A stretch of DNA of 64,000 nucleotides from Mobula hypostoma. Its lineage: Eukaryota. Positions 25,975 to 37,149 of this stretch are shown piece after piece. The position numbers and the translations under genes are program-made. How positions within the stretch are numbered: the first letter of the stretch is position 1; every line of letters begins with the position of its first letter. The notes under the pieces are model-generated. The model was not told where the DNA came from and made no database searches. It saw only the letters and a program-made list of their open reading frames with translations. The DNA lies in assembly GCF_963921235.1 (NCBI RefSeq), contig NC_086097.1, forward strand, positions 173,850,001 through 173,914,000, read 5' to 3'.

Positions 25975-27820
25975 TGAGATCATAAGACGATGAGACACAG
26001 GTGCAGAATTAGACCACTCGACCCATCAAGTCTGCTCCGCCATTCCATCATGGCTGAGCTATTATCCCTCTCATTCCCATTCTCCTGCTTACTCCCTGTA
26101 AGCTTTGACGGCCTCACACGAGGAAATCTGCAGATGCTGGAAATTCAAGCAACACACACAAAAAATGCTGGTGAACACAGCAGGTCAGGCAGCATCCATA
26201 GAAAGAGGTACAGTCGACGTTTCAGGCCGAGACCCTTTGCCAGCATTTTTTTGTGTGTGGACCTTTGACGGCCTGACTAATTAAGAACTTATCAACCTCC
26301 GCTGTAAATACAATGTGAGTACAATGACTCGGCTTCCACAGTTAAATCTGTTGAAATAACAAATTCAACAGATTCACTACTCTCTAGCTAAAGAAATTCC
26401 TCCTCACCTCGGTTCTAAATGGACATCCCTCTATTATGAGGATGTGCCCTCTGATCCTAGACACCCCTACTGTACGAAACATCCTCTCCATATCCACTCT
26501 ACTTAAGCCCTTCAATATTCAATAAGTTTCAATAAATTTCAATAAGGTTCTCCCCCACACACCCTTCATTCTTCTAAACTCCAATGAGTACAGGCCCATA
26601 TGTTAACCCTTTCATTCCCAGTATCTTTCTTGTGAACCTCCTCTGTATCCTCTCCAATGCCAGCACATATTTCCCTAGATAAGAGCCCAAAACTGCTCAC
26701 AATACTCTAAGTGTAGTCTGACCAAGGCCTTATAAAGCCTCAGCATTAACTACTTGCACTTATATTCTAGTCCTCTCAAAATGAATGCTAACATTCCATT
26801 TGCCTTCCTGACCACTGACTCAACCCACAAGTTAACCTATAGGGATCTTGCACAAGGACTCCCAAATCCCTTTACGCTTCCGATTTTTATAATTTTCTCC
26901 CCATTTAGAAAATAGTTTACACCTTTATACCTTAAACCAACGCGCATGCCCATACACCAATACTCCATCAGCCACTTCTTTGTCCATTCTCCCAATCAGT
27001 CTCAGTCCTTCTGCAGATTCCCTTCTTCCATAAAACTATCTACTCCTTCACCTATCTTTGTATCATCTGCAAACTTGACCACAATGCCATCAATTCTGCC
27101 ATCTAAATCAATGACAAATAACGTGAAAAGAAGCAGTTTTAACACCGATCCCTGCAGAACACCACTAGTCACCGGTAGCCTACCAGAAAAGGCCCCCTTT
27201 ATTCCCACCTGTCAGTAAACCAATCATCTATCCATGCAAGTATCTTTGCTGTAATACCATAGGCTCTTATCTTGTTAAGCAACTTCATATATGGCACTTT
27301 GTCAAAGACCTTCTGAAAATCCAAATAAACAACATTCACTAACTCTCCTTTGTCTATCTTGCCTGTTATTTCCTCAAAGAATTCCAACACATTTGTCAGG
27401 CAAGATTTTCCCTTAAGGAAACTATGCTGACTTTGCCGTATTTTGTCATATGCCTCCAAGCACCTCAAAACCTCATCCTTAATAATAGACTCCAACATCT
27501 TTCCAACCACTGAAGTCAGGCTAACTGGTCCTTTCTTCTGCCTCCCTCTTTTCATAAAGTGTGGAGTAACATTTGCAGTTTTCCAATCCTCCAGAACCAC
27601 TCTCGAAACTAGTGATTCTATAAAGATCATGACTAATGCCTCCACAATCTCTTCAGCAGCCTCTTTCAGAATCCTGGGGTGTTGTCTATCTGAATCAGGT
27701 GACTGATCTACCTTCAGACCCTTCAGCTTCCCAAGCACCTTCTCTTTAGTAATTACACCATCAATCACTTCTCCCCCAATACTCTCGAATTTCTGGCATA
27801 CTGTTAATGTTTTCCACAGC
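25975..27820 (-). mobile_element. CR1 LINE, 5'-truncated, interrupted by a PLE
   Basis: Motifs in ORFs 27002-27768: DWKTANVTP, PVSLTSVVGKMLESII, YLDFQKVFDKVP, KFADDTKIG. Confidence 0.9.
26115..26260 (-). mobile_element. Short Penelope-like insertion with 12-14 bp TSD
   Basis: The TSD CTTTGACGGCCT is at 26103-26114 and 26263-26274. It contains PLE terminal repeat plus a short inverted segment (CAGCATTTTTTTGTGTGTG). Confidence 0.85.
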
Positions 27821-27878
27821 AGTAAGATACCATTAGGATAATAACCAATAACCAGTGTGAGACAGCAAACTAGAGAAG

Positions 27879-28081
27879 AAGAAGAAGAAGAAGACGAAAA
27901 AAGCCCTTAACTCCGAGTGGAGTCATCGGGACGCCGTCACCACCGCGTTTTTTTTTAGCAGGCTTTCTTATTTTTATGAGGCCGAGTTGCTGGCTCGATG
28001 CTCAACCCAGCACGGACGGATTCGAACTCGGGAGCCTTCGCTCCGAAGTCCAGCGCTGATGCCACTACGCCACCAGCCGGC
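27879..28081 (-). mobile_element. Young tRNA-derived SINE with (CTT)n tail and 15-bp TSD
   Basis: Minus strand reads GCCGGCTGG-TGGCGTAGTGG (A box)...GACTTCGGA...GAGTTCGAATCC (B box), then a (CTT)n tail. The TSD AGYAAACTAGAGAAG is at 27864-27878 and 28082-28096. The element is CpG-rich. Confidence 0.88.
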
Positions 28082-28949
28082 AGTAAACTAGAGAAGGGAT
28101 GCAAAATGTATGAACATTTCCAATAAATAAAAGAAATTATATACTGGAAATGCTCATATCTTTTGGGCACTTCCTTCATCATCAACATGGAAATCAGAAT
28201 AATTTATTGCATTAATACAATGATATATTGCCAGAAAGATAGGTGACTTATGGGTTAATTTATCGCTGGCAACATAACAGTAACTCAATCAAACAGTTTC
28301 AATAGAGTCCACTGTGAAACTGAAGCTTGGGCAATAAATGTCAACAGTACTCCATAATGAATTACAGCCTTAATCTCATTTGCTGCTACAAGAAAAACTA
28401 ATGCAAACATTATCTCAACAATTTTCACATCAAGGCATCAAATGGTCCACATCAGTGTGTTAATTCAAGCTCAGGAGTACAAGTATGAAAAAAATGCATT
28501 GAGGTAAAACTACGCTAGATTCCATGCAAACATGGCTTAGTCTTCCTTAAATATAATAAATTGTTGCATCCTTTCATTTATATAAAAAATGTTAAGTGAA
28601 TCAGAGGGAAATTGTCTAAATGATAAAATGATACATTGGAAATGAACCTAGAATCTCAGGCATTTAATACTGAAAGTAGGAACACTGAATTTTTAGAATT
28701 AACTCTGAATCAGGCCGATCAGTTCCACCGGAATACAAGCAACTTGGGCCCTCACATCTCATCTGACGTTCAGTTAAATCATGTATCATCCTGAGCTGCA
28801 ACCAATCAACTAGAGGGAGTGCGTAAATAGAGCTACCTTTACAATCAGGCCCACGGTCAAGAATTAAAAGGCAGAGCTTTGCGGCAGTTTCTCTGGGCTA
28901 CGGGCAATCAACGAAAGGGATTCAATTAGAATGGGCAAATAAAAATAAA

Positions 28950-29648
28950 ACAAGTGCAAGCCGAATGACCATTCTTTTAAAAGTCAGAGGGCTTGGAGTG
29001 GCTTTGGCTCATTAGACCTAGGCAAGATAAAAGTATCTGGTAAGTTTATCTCCTTTTCTTCTTCTTTGTTCATTCCTCATCTGTTAGGGCACAGTAGTGT
29101 AGTGAGAATGGCTCCAGGGGCAGTGTTTTATACTCTGTGTGGGATGTGGTAAGTCTACAAGACCTCTAGTTTCTCAAATAAACACATCTGCACCAGATGC
29201 ACTAAAGTACAGCTCCTGAGAGAACATATTAAGGAACTGGAACTGCAGCTCAATGATCTTCTACTCATACAGGAGAATAAGGAGGTGACAGATAGGAACT
29301 ACAGGCAGGTAGTCAAATGGGTTCAGGAAAGTTTCCTTAATCAGTACACAGAAGTCCCAATGAGAGTGTGTGCGATACTTGATCTGCTACCAGGGAATGA
29401 GACAGGTCAAGTGACAGAAGTTTGTGTAGGGCAACACTTTGCATCTGGTAATCACAATGCCATTAGTTTCAAAGTAAATATGCAAATAGATCGGTGCAGC
29501 CCACTGGTTGAGATTCTAGCTTGGAGAAAGGCCAATTTTGATGGTATCAAAAATGATCCATTAAAATGAAAGTGTGGATTGGGACAAGTTTTCTGACAAA
29601 AGTGTCCTTGATAAGGGTAATGCCTTGAAAAGTGAAAATTTGAGAGTA
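28950..29648 (+). mobile_element. CR1 LINE 5' part (ORF1 Cys/coiled-coil remnant plus endonuclease-end fragment)
   Basis: An ICTRCTKVQLLREHIKELELQL-like remnant, then ESFLNQY...AILDLL.GNE.GQV...SGNHNAISF. It continues at 32260. Confidence 0.7.
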
Positions 29649-30278
29649 TTTAGTTGGATTCAGTAGAAATGGATGAAGGGACAAGGAGTTAGAGAACTGA
29701 CACTGAGAGCTAAGGATGGGGGTAATATTGCTGAGGATTACAGAGAAAACAGAATGGGACAGGAAAAGAAAAGAGAGTATGGAAGGACACTGAAGACTGG
29801 TGGATGGCTTCAATAATCTATGAAGCTCAGAGGAAAAGGGGAGAGAAAATGTCGTACAGAGATGAAAAGGCTGGTTTTTTGTTTCTGTTTCAGTACATGA
29901 GCTGGGGAATGTTGTAAGACCATAAGACATAAGTGCAAAAATTAGGTCATTCAGCCCATCGAGTCCACTCCCCCATTCCATCATGGCTGATCCCAGATTC
30001 TATTCAACCCCATACACCTGCCTTCTCGCCATATCCTTTGATGCCCTGACCAATCAAAAACTATCAACTTCTGCCTTAAATATACCCACAGATTTGGCGT
30101 CCAGTATCTGTGGCAGAGTATCCACAGATTCACTGTACTCTGGCTAAAAAAAAATTCCTCCTTACCTCAATTCTCAAAGGTCTCCCCTCGAATCTGAGGC
30201 TGTGTTCTCTAGTTCAGGATACCCCCGCTATAGGAAATATCCACTGCACATCCACCTTATCTAGTCCTTTCAACATTC

Positions 30279-30492
30279 ATCGAAGTTGCTGGTGAACACA
30301 GCAGGCCAGGCAGCATCTGTAGGAAGAGGTGCAGTCGACGTTTCAGGCCGAGACCCTTCGTCAGGACTTGGGTCTCGGCCTGAAACGTCGACTGCACCTC
30401 TTCCTACAGATGCTGCCTGGCCTGCTGTGTTCACCAGCAACTTTGATGTGTGTTGCTTGAATTTCCAGCATCTGCAGAATTCCTGTTGTTTG
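30279..30492 (+). mobile_element. Young palindromic Penelope-like insertion with 13-bp TSD
   Basis: The TSD CCTTTCAACATTC is at 30266-30278 and 30493-30505. It consists of inverted arms of the PLE terminal repeat. Confidence 0.9.
30333..30368 (-). ncRNA. Intact hammerhead ribozyme motif (VPS13B sense strand)
   Basis: The reverse complement reads AGTC-CTGACGA-agggtctcggcct-GAAA-CGTC-GACT, identical to the 4563 copy. Confidence 0.72.
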
Positions 30493-32259
30493 CCTTTCAA
30501 CATTCGGTAGGTTTCAATGAAAATCTGCCCACGCCCCCAGCATTCTTCTAGATTCCAGTGAGTACCGGACCAAAGCTGCCAAACGCTCCTCATATGTTAA
30601 CCCCTTCATTCCCAGAATCATTCTTGTGAACCTCCTCTGGACTCTCTCCAATGACAACACATCCTTTCTGAGATATGGGCCCCAAAACTGTTGAAAATAC
30701 TCCAAGTGCGACCTGACTAGTGTCTTATAAAGCCTCAGCATTATCTCCTTGTTTTCATATTCTATTCCCCTTGAAATGAATGCCAACATTGCATTTGCCT
30801 TCTTTTCCACAGACTGAACCAGTAAATTAACCTTCTGCGAGTCTTGCATGAGGACTCCTAAAGTCTCTCTGCACCTCTGATGTTTGAATTTTTTGCCCAT
30901 TTAGATAATAGTCTGCACTATTATTCCTTTTACCAAAATGCATTATCATACGTTTCCCAGCACTGTATTCCATCTGCCACTTTTCTGCCCATTCTTCTAA
31001 TTTGTCTAAGTTCTGCTACAATCACATTGCTTCCTTAGCACTACCCACCACTCCACTTATCTTCATATCATCTTTGCTACAAAGCCATCAATTCCATTAT
31101 CTAAATCACTGACAATGTGAAAAGTAGTGGTCCCAATACTGACCCCTGAGGAACACCACTAGTCACTGGCAGCCAACCAGAAAAGGCATTCCGCGATCCA
31201 TGCCCATCTTTTCTGTAATGCCATGGGATTTTATCTTGTTATGCAGTCTCAAGTGTGGCACCTTATCAAATGCCTTCTGAAAATCCAAATAAATGCCATC
31301 CACTGCCTCTCCTTTGTCCCCCTACTTGTTACTTCCTTGAAGAACTCTGACAGATTTGTCAAGCAATATTTCCCTTTACAGAAGCCATGCTGACTTTAAG
31401 TTATTTTATCATTAGTCTCCAAGTAGCCCAAGACCTCATCCTTAATAAAAGACTCCAACACTTTCCCACTGAGGTTAAGCTAACTGACATATAATTCCCT
31501 TTCTTTTGCCTTCCTCCCTTCTTAAAGAGTGGAGTAACATTTGGAATCTTCCAGTCCTCCGGGACCATGCCAGAATCAAGTGATTCTTGAAAGATCATGA
31601 CCAATGCAACCATAACCTCTTCAGCAACCTCTCTCAAGACTCTGGGCTGTAGTCCATCTGGTCCAGGTAACATATCCTTTGTAATAGCAATGGTACTCAC
31701 TCCTGCTCCCTGACACTCACAGATGTCTGGCACACTGCTTGTGTCTTCCACAGTGAAGACTGTTGCAAAGTACTCATTAAGTTATCCACCATTTCTTTGT
31801 CTCCCATTACTACCTCACCAACATCATTGTCCAGTGGTCCAATATCAACTGTCCCCTCCCTTTTACTCTTTATATAACTGACAAAAAAAAGTTTAGGTGT
31901 CCTGCTTTATATCATTGACTAGTCTGCCCTCATATTTCATCTTTTCCCTTCTTAGAGCTTTTTTAAAATATAAAAAACTTAGAGAACTGCATTCAAATAA
32001 GCAGGGTGATTGCTGATCATAAGAGTAACTTTGAGATAGGTGGAGTGTTATGTGCATTTAGGTTTTCTAGAGATGTGGACATTGATTATCAAAACAATTG
32101 AGAGTTGGTTGTTTGACAAATGCTCCAGTTGCTTTAGCATTCTGAATAGCAGTGTTTTTTGAAATGGTTTCAAATGCTGAAGGGGAATCTGAGTGTGATG
32201 GGGCATTTACTACCTGCAGTTTCATTCTGTTCACAGCCAGTTCCATGGAGAAGCGACAT

Positions 32260-34050
32260 TTTGAGAGTACAACGCTTGAATGTGCCCATCAGAGTAAAAG
32301 GTAGAGATAACAGGTATAGGAAACCTTGGTTTTCAAGAGCTGTTGAGGCCCTGGTTAAGAAAAAAAAAGGAGGTGCATAGCAGGTATAGGCAGGTGGAAA
32401 CAAATGAGGTGCTTATGGAGTATAAGAAATCAGGAAGGCTAAAAGACGGCATGAGATGGCCAGACAAAACAAGGTGAAGGAGAGTCCTAAGGAATTCTAC
32501 AAATGTGTTAAGAGCAAAAGGATTGCAAGGGTCAAAATTGGTCCTCTGGAAGATCAGAATGGAAATCAATGCATGGAGCCAAAAGAGATGGGGGAAGGTC
32601 ATAAATATATTTTTTGCATCTGTATTTACTCAAGAGGCAGACACAGAGGCTATAGAACTCAGGCAAAGCAGCATCAAATTCATGGACCCTATACAGGTTA
32701 CAGAGGAAGTGTTTGCTGTCCTGAGGCAAATCAAAGTGGACAGATCCCCAGGGCCTGACAAGGTGCTCCCTCAGACCCTACAGGAGGCAAATGCAGAAAT
32801 TGCCTGGGCCCTGGCAGAGATAGTTAAACCATCCTTAGCGAAACAAGTGATACCAGAGGATTGAATGATAGCAAATGTTGTTCTGCTGTTAAAAAAGGCT
32901 CTAAACATAAACCAGGTAATTATAAACTGGTGAATCTGACAATCGTGCGAAAGTTATTGGAAGGTATTCTAACGGACTGGATATACAGACAAGGACTGAT
33001 TAAGGATTGTCAGCATGGCTTCATGTGTGGTGGGTCATGTCTAGCCAATCTTATAGTTTTTCAAGAAAGTTACCAAGAAAGTAAATGAAGGCAAGACAAG
33101 GCCGTGGATGTTATCTACATGGACTTCAGCAAGACATTTGACAGGATCCTGCATGCGAGGTTGGTCAAGAAGGTTCAGTCTCTCGGCATTCAAGATGAGG
33201 TAGGAAAATGGATTGGGCATTGACTTTGTGGGAGAAGCCAGAGAATGGTAGTTGATGGTTGCCTCTCTGTCTGGAAGTCTGACTAATGCAGTGCTACAGG
33301 AATCAGTGTGGGTCCATTGTCTATATCAACGATCTGGAAGATAATGTGGTTAACTAGATCAACAAATTTGCGGATGACACCAAGATTGGGGGTGTGGTGG
33401 ACACAGTGAGGAAGGCCATCATGACTTGCAGCAGGATTTGGATCAGTTGGAAAAATGGGCTGAAAAATGGCAGGTGGAATTTAATGCACAAAAAAGTATG
33501 AATTGTTGCACTTTTGGAACACCAACCATATTCAGTTTTGAATATATTGAGTACCATATTGAGTGTCATATTCAGTTTTGGTCACTCACCTACAGGAAAG
33601 ATGTAAATAAGGTTGAAAGAGTATAGAGAAAATTTACAAGGGTCTGGAGGACCTGAGTTATAAGATTGAATAGGTTTAGACTTTATTCCTTAGAACGTAG
33701 AAGATTGACAGGAGATTTGAGAGAGGTACACAAAATGATGAGGGGTATAAGTAGAGTAAATGCAAGCAGGCTTTTTCCACTGAGGTTGGGTGGGACTACA
33801 ATCAAAGGCCATGGGTTAAGGGTGAAAGGTGAAAAGTTTAAGGGAACATGAGTGGAAACTTCTTCATTCAGAAGGTCATGAGTATGTGGAACAAGCTGCC
33901 AACACAAGTGGTGCATGTGAGCTCAATTTCAACGTTTAAGCAAAGTTTGGATTGGTACATGGATGGTAAGGGTATGGAGGGCTATGGCTCCAGTGTAGGT
34001 TGATTGGCATGGACAAGACAGGCCAGAGGGCCTATTTCTATGCTGTACTT
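32260..34050 (+). mobile_element. CR1 LINE (linker, RT, tail), continuation of 28950-29648
   Basis: Motifs: KESPKEFYKCVKSKR, SPGPD, YMDFSKTFD, KFADDTKIGG, LYSLERRRLTGDL. Confidence 0.88.
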
Positions 34051-34261
34051 CTCAGCTCCACACCAGCACTAAACCTGGCACTTACATATGAATCCTGAAG
34101 GAGCATGAGAGACTGCAGATGCTGGAATCTGGGGAACAAAGAACGAGCTGCTACAGGAACTCAGTGAGTCAAGCAGCAGAATCAGAATCTGGTTTACTAT
34201 CACTGACATGTTTTGTGGCAGCAGTACAGTGCAAGACGTAAAAAAAACTACAAGTTACAAT

Positions 34262-35515
34262 AGAGTCAAAGAACACAACAGAATGGAAACAGGCCCTTTG
34301 GCCCATCTAGTCTGTGTTGAGCCATTAATCTGCCTAGTGCCATCAATCTGTACCTGGAACATAGCCCTACATGCCCCTCCCATCCATGTACCTATCCAAA
34401 TTTCTCTTTAACGTTGAAATCAACCCAGCATTCATCACTTGCACTGGCAGCTCGTTCCACACAATCTCCCCCTTTTGAGTGAAGTTGTTTCCCCTCATAT
34501 TCCCCTTAAACATTTCACCTTTCTCCCTTAACATGTGACCTCTCATTGTTGTCTCACTCAACCTCAGTGGAAAAGGACTGCTCGCATTCACCCTATCTAT
34601 ACCCCTCATAATCTTGTAAACCTTTATCAAATCTCCCCTCAATCTTGTACTTCTGGAGAATAAAGTCCTAACCTATTCAACCTTTCCCTATAACTCAGAT
34701 CCTCAAGCCCCAGCAACATCCTTGTTAATTTTCAAAGTATTCTTTCAACCTTATTTAATCCTTTCTGTAGGTGAGTAACCCAAACAGCACACAATCCTCC
34801 AAATTAGCCTTCACCAACATCTTATACAATTTCAACATAATATCCCAACACCAATATATGTGGAATTCTCTGCCCAATGAAGCTGTGGAGGCTACTTCAG
34901 TAAATATATTTAAGACAAGGTTGGATAGATTTTTGCATAGTAGAGGAATTAAAGATTATGGGGGAAAGGTAGGTAGGTGGAGATGAGTCCATGGCCAGAT
35001 CAGCCATGATCTAATTGAATGGCGGAGCAGGCTCAACGGGCCAGATAGCCAACTCCTGCTATTTCTTATGTTCTTATGTTTACTCAATACATTGATTTAC
35101 GAAGGCCAAAGTGCCAAAAAGCTTTATGATCCCATCTACTTATGCCCCCACTTCAAGGAATTATGGATCTGTATTCGGAGATCCCTCTGCTATACTGCAC
35201 TCTACCTTAACCACTTACCATGTTAGACCAACCCTGGTTGGTCTTCCCAAAGTGCAACACCTCACAATTGTCTATATTAAATTCCATCTGCTAGTTTTCA
35301 GCCCATTTTCCAGCTCATCTAGATCCCACTGTAAACTCTGATAGTCTTCTTCGCTGCTCACTACACACACACAGTCTTGGTGTCATCCACAAATTTGCTG
35401 ATCTAGTTTCCCACATTACCATCCAGAGTGTTGATATGCATGACAAACTACAATGGACCCTTACCAATCCCTGCAGCACACCACTAGTCACAGACCTCCA
35501 GTCAGAGAAACAACC
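34262..35515 (-). mobile_element. CR1 LINE fragment with nested + strand CR1 3' end (about 34857-35080)
   Basis: RGDLIKVYKIMRGIDRV on the minus strand. The nested piece reads WNSLPNEAVEATSVNIFKTRLDRFL and has a (TTCTTATG) tail. Confidence 0.82.
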
Positions 35516-37149
35516 ATTTGTTTATTTTTTATTTGCAAAAGAGGAATAGCGAGAAAACATTTTTAGGTACATGGGCCATTCAGAAATCTGATGGCAGAGG
35601 AGAAGACACTATGTTGGGTGATCAATACAAAATATCGCCATTCCCTTCCCTTCACAGATGCATCCTGACCACTGAGTGCCTCCAGCTGCTTGTTTTTTTT
35701 TAAATACCACAGAAATTCTGGATTCCAGCAATGGCATGGAGCTAAGCCAATAGCAGCATCTGAACTATCCCAATGCTACACCAGCCAACTCCTCATAAAC
35801 CGTGCAGGTCCGTGCAAATATTTCCAGGTTTCCCAGATGTCACGCTAGAATATCTGCTCACAGAGCTTGTACCAGACTAAATCTGGCACCAACAGAGCAA
35901 TCCCCATTAAAATGAATGAAAGACATAAAGCAGATAAGTATAACTATATTTGATTAAGATAGTTTCATTGCTTTCAGTTGTTCTTGTGAGAGTATTGTAG
36001 ATGCTGAACAAAAATGACATAACATTCCCTTTATAAAGAATTGTTCTCAAATGTGCTCATCAAAATTCACAAATTTTAAGTAATAGTAACACCTTTGACA
36101 TCTGTTGAGCACATGGACAGGCGCCATCATTGTAAAACCCATTCTGCCAGTAGACAATGCTGTCTGTATTGTGACAGTCCCATTGTCCAATCAACTACCC
36201 TGTGGCATGCTGCGGGGTGGGGGTGACTTCCTAAAATGGAACAAACAGCACAGCCCAGGGACTGACAATCAACAATGCTGATGCAATGGAAGAGCTCCAC
36301 AATTGAAATTAATAATTCACTGCTTATTCTCACCGGTGTAAGTAATTAATAAAGTACCACTGTCATCCATAACATATCCTTTTCTTGGTTTACAAACTTC
36401 TCATAACAAGTTTGTATTTGCAATTGTTTATCATCAACATATGTTTAAAAACAAGTTTAAGCTATTTCAACAAGATGGTGCGAAAGACAAAATACTGATT
36501 TATTTCATTCTCGCACGTTATATAATTATTTAGCGTTTCTGGAAAAAATCCCTGAAAGTTGTTCTCTAACTTTGACCCAAAAAAGTCACATTTATCTAGA
36601 TCTGCATTATTCAGTGGTCGTCTCTTTAAACCCAATTATATTAGCACCAACTCTGTTGAAGACTTCTACCATTTTAATCATATTTCTGTAAATGGACAGA
36701 TGAACGAAGTTGCTTCATCATGTTTGCTCTCATAATTACACTGGTGTTATATTTATCCAGAAATCTGAGAATGTAATGCCTCATATTGGTGGAAGTCGAG
36801 TAGGTTGTCAGAATATCAAATTTTTGCTGCAGGAATCCCAGCCATGCAATTAATTTGGCTGGTCCAGTTAAGTTTCTAATAAATTTGATATACTGATGGT
36901 GGGAGATTCAGAATGGCATGTCACTGAATGTTAACAATGGGTGGTTAGAACCACCCTCATTGGTTGTCATTTGATAACGCAAACACTGCTTGTCATTTAT
37001 CAGCCTAAGTCAGATATTGTCCATAACCTGGTGCATTATCAGCAAAGACTGCTTCATTATTTGAGGAGTTCTAAATGGAACTGTACAATTACCAATAAAA
37101 CATCCTTCCTTCTGACCTTAACTTTAATTATAGCACATTCTAGAGGCAC

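Larger units (their letters stand above)
29915..31965 (-). mobile_element. CR1 LINE, 5'-truncated, interrupted by a PLE
   Basis: The tail TAAGACCATAAGAC is at about 29915. Motifs: KKANAMLAFISRG, RSHLEYFQQFW, PGPDGL.PRVLRE, VPEDWKIPNVTPLFKKG. Confidence 0.9.

Noticed and set aside
28010..28081. tRNA-Arg(TCG) gene
   Set aside because: There is no proper acceptor stem. It continues into a SINE body and (CTT)n tail and is flanked by a TSD.
4101..30900. The three PLE-CR1 chimeras as copies of one composite element or a segmental duplication
   Set aside because: Host CR1 sequences, TSD lengths, insert lengths and PLE 3' variants all differ.
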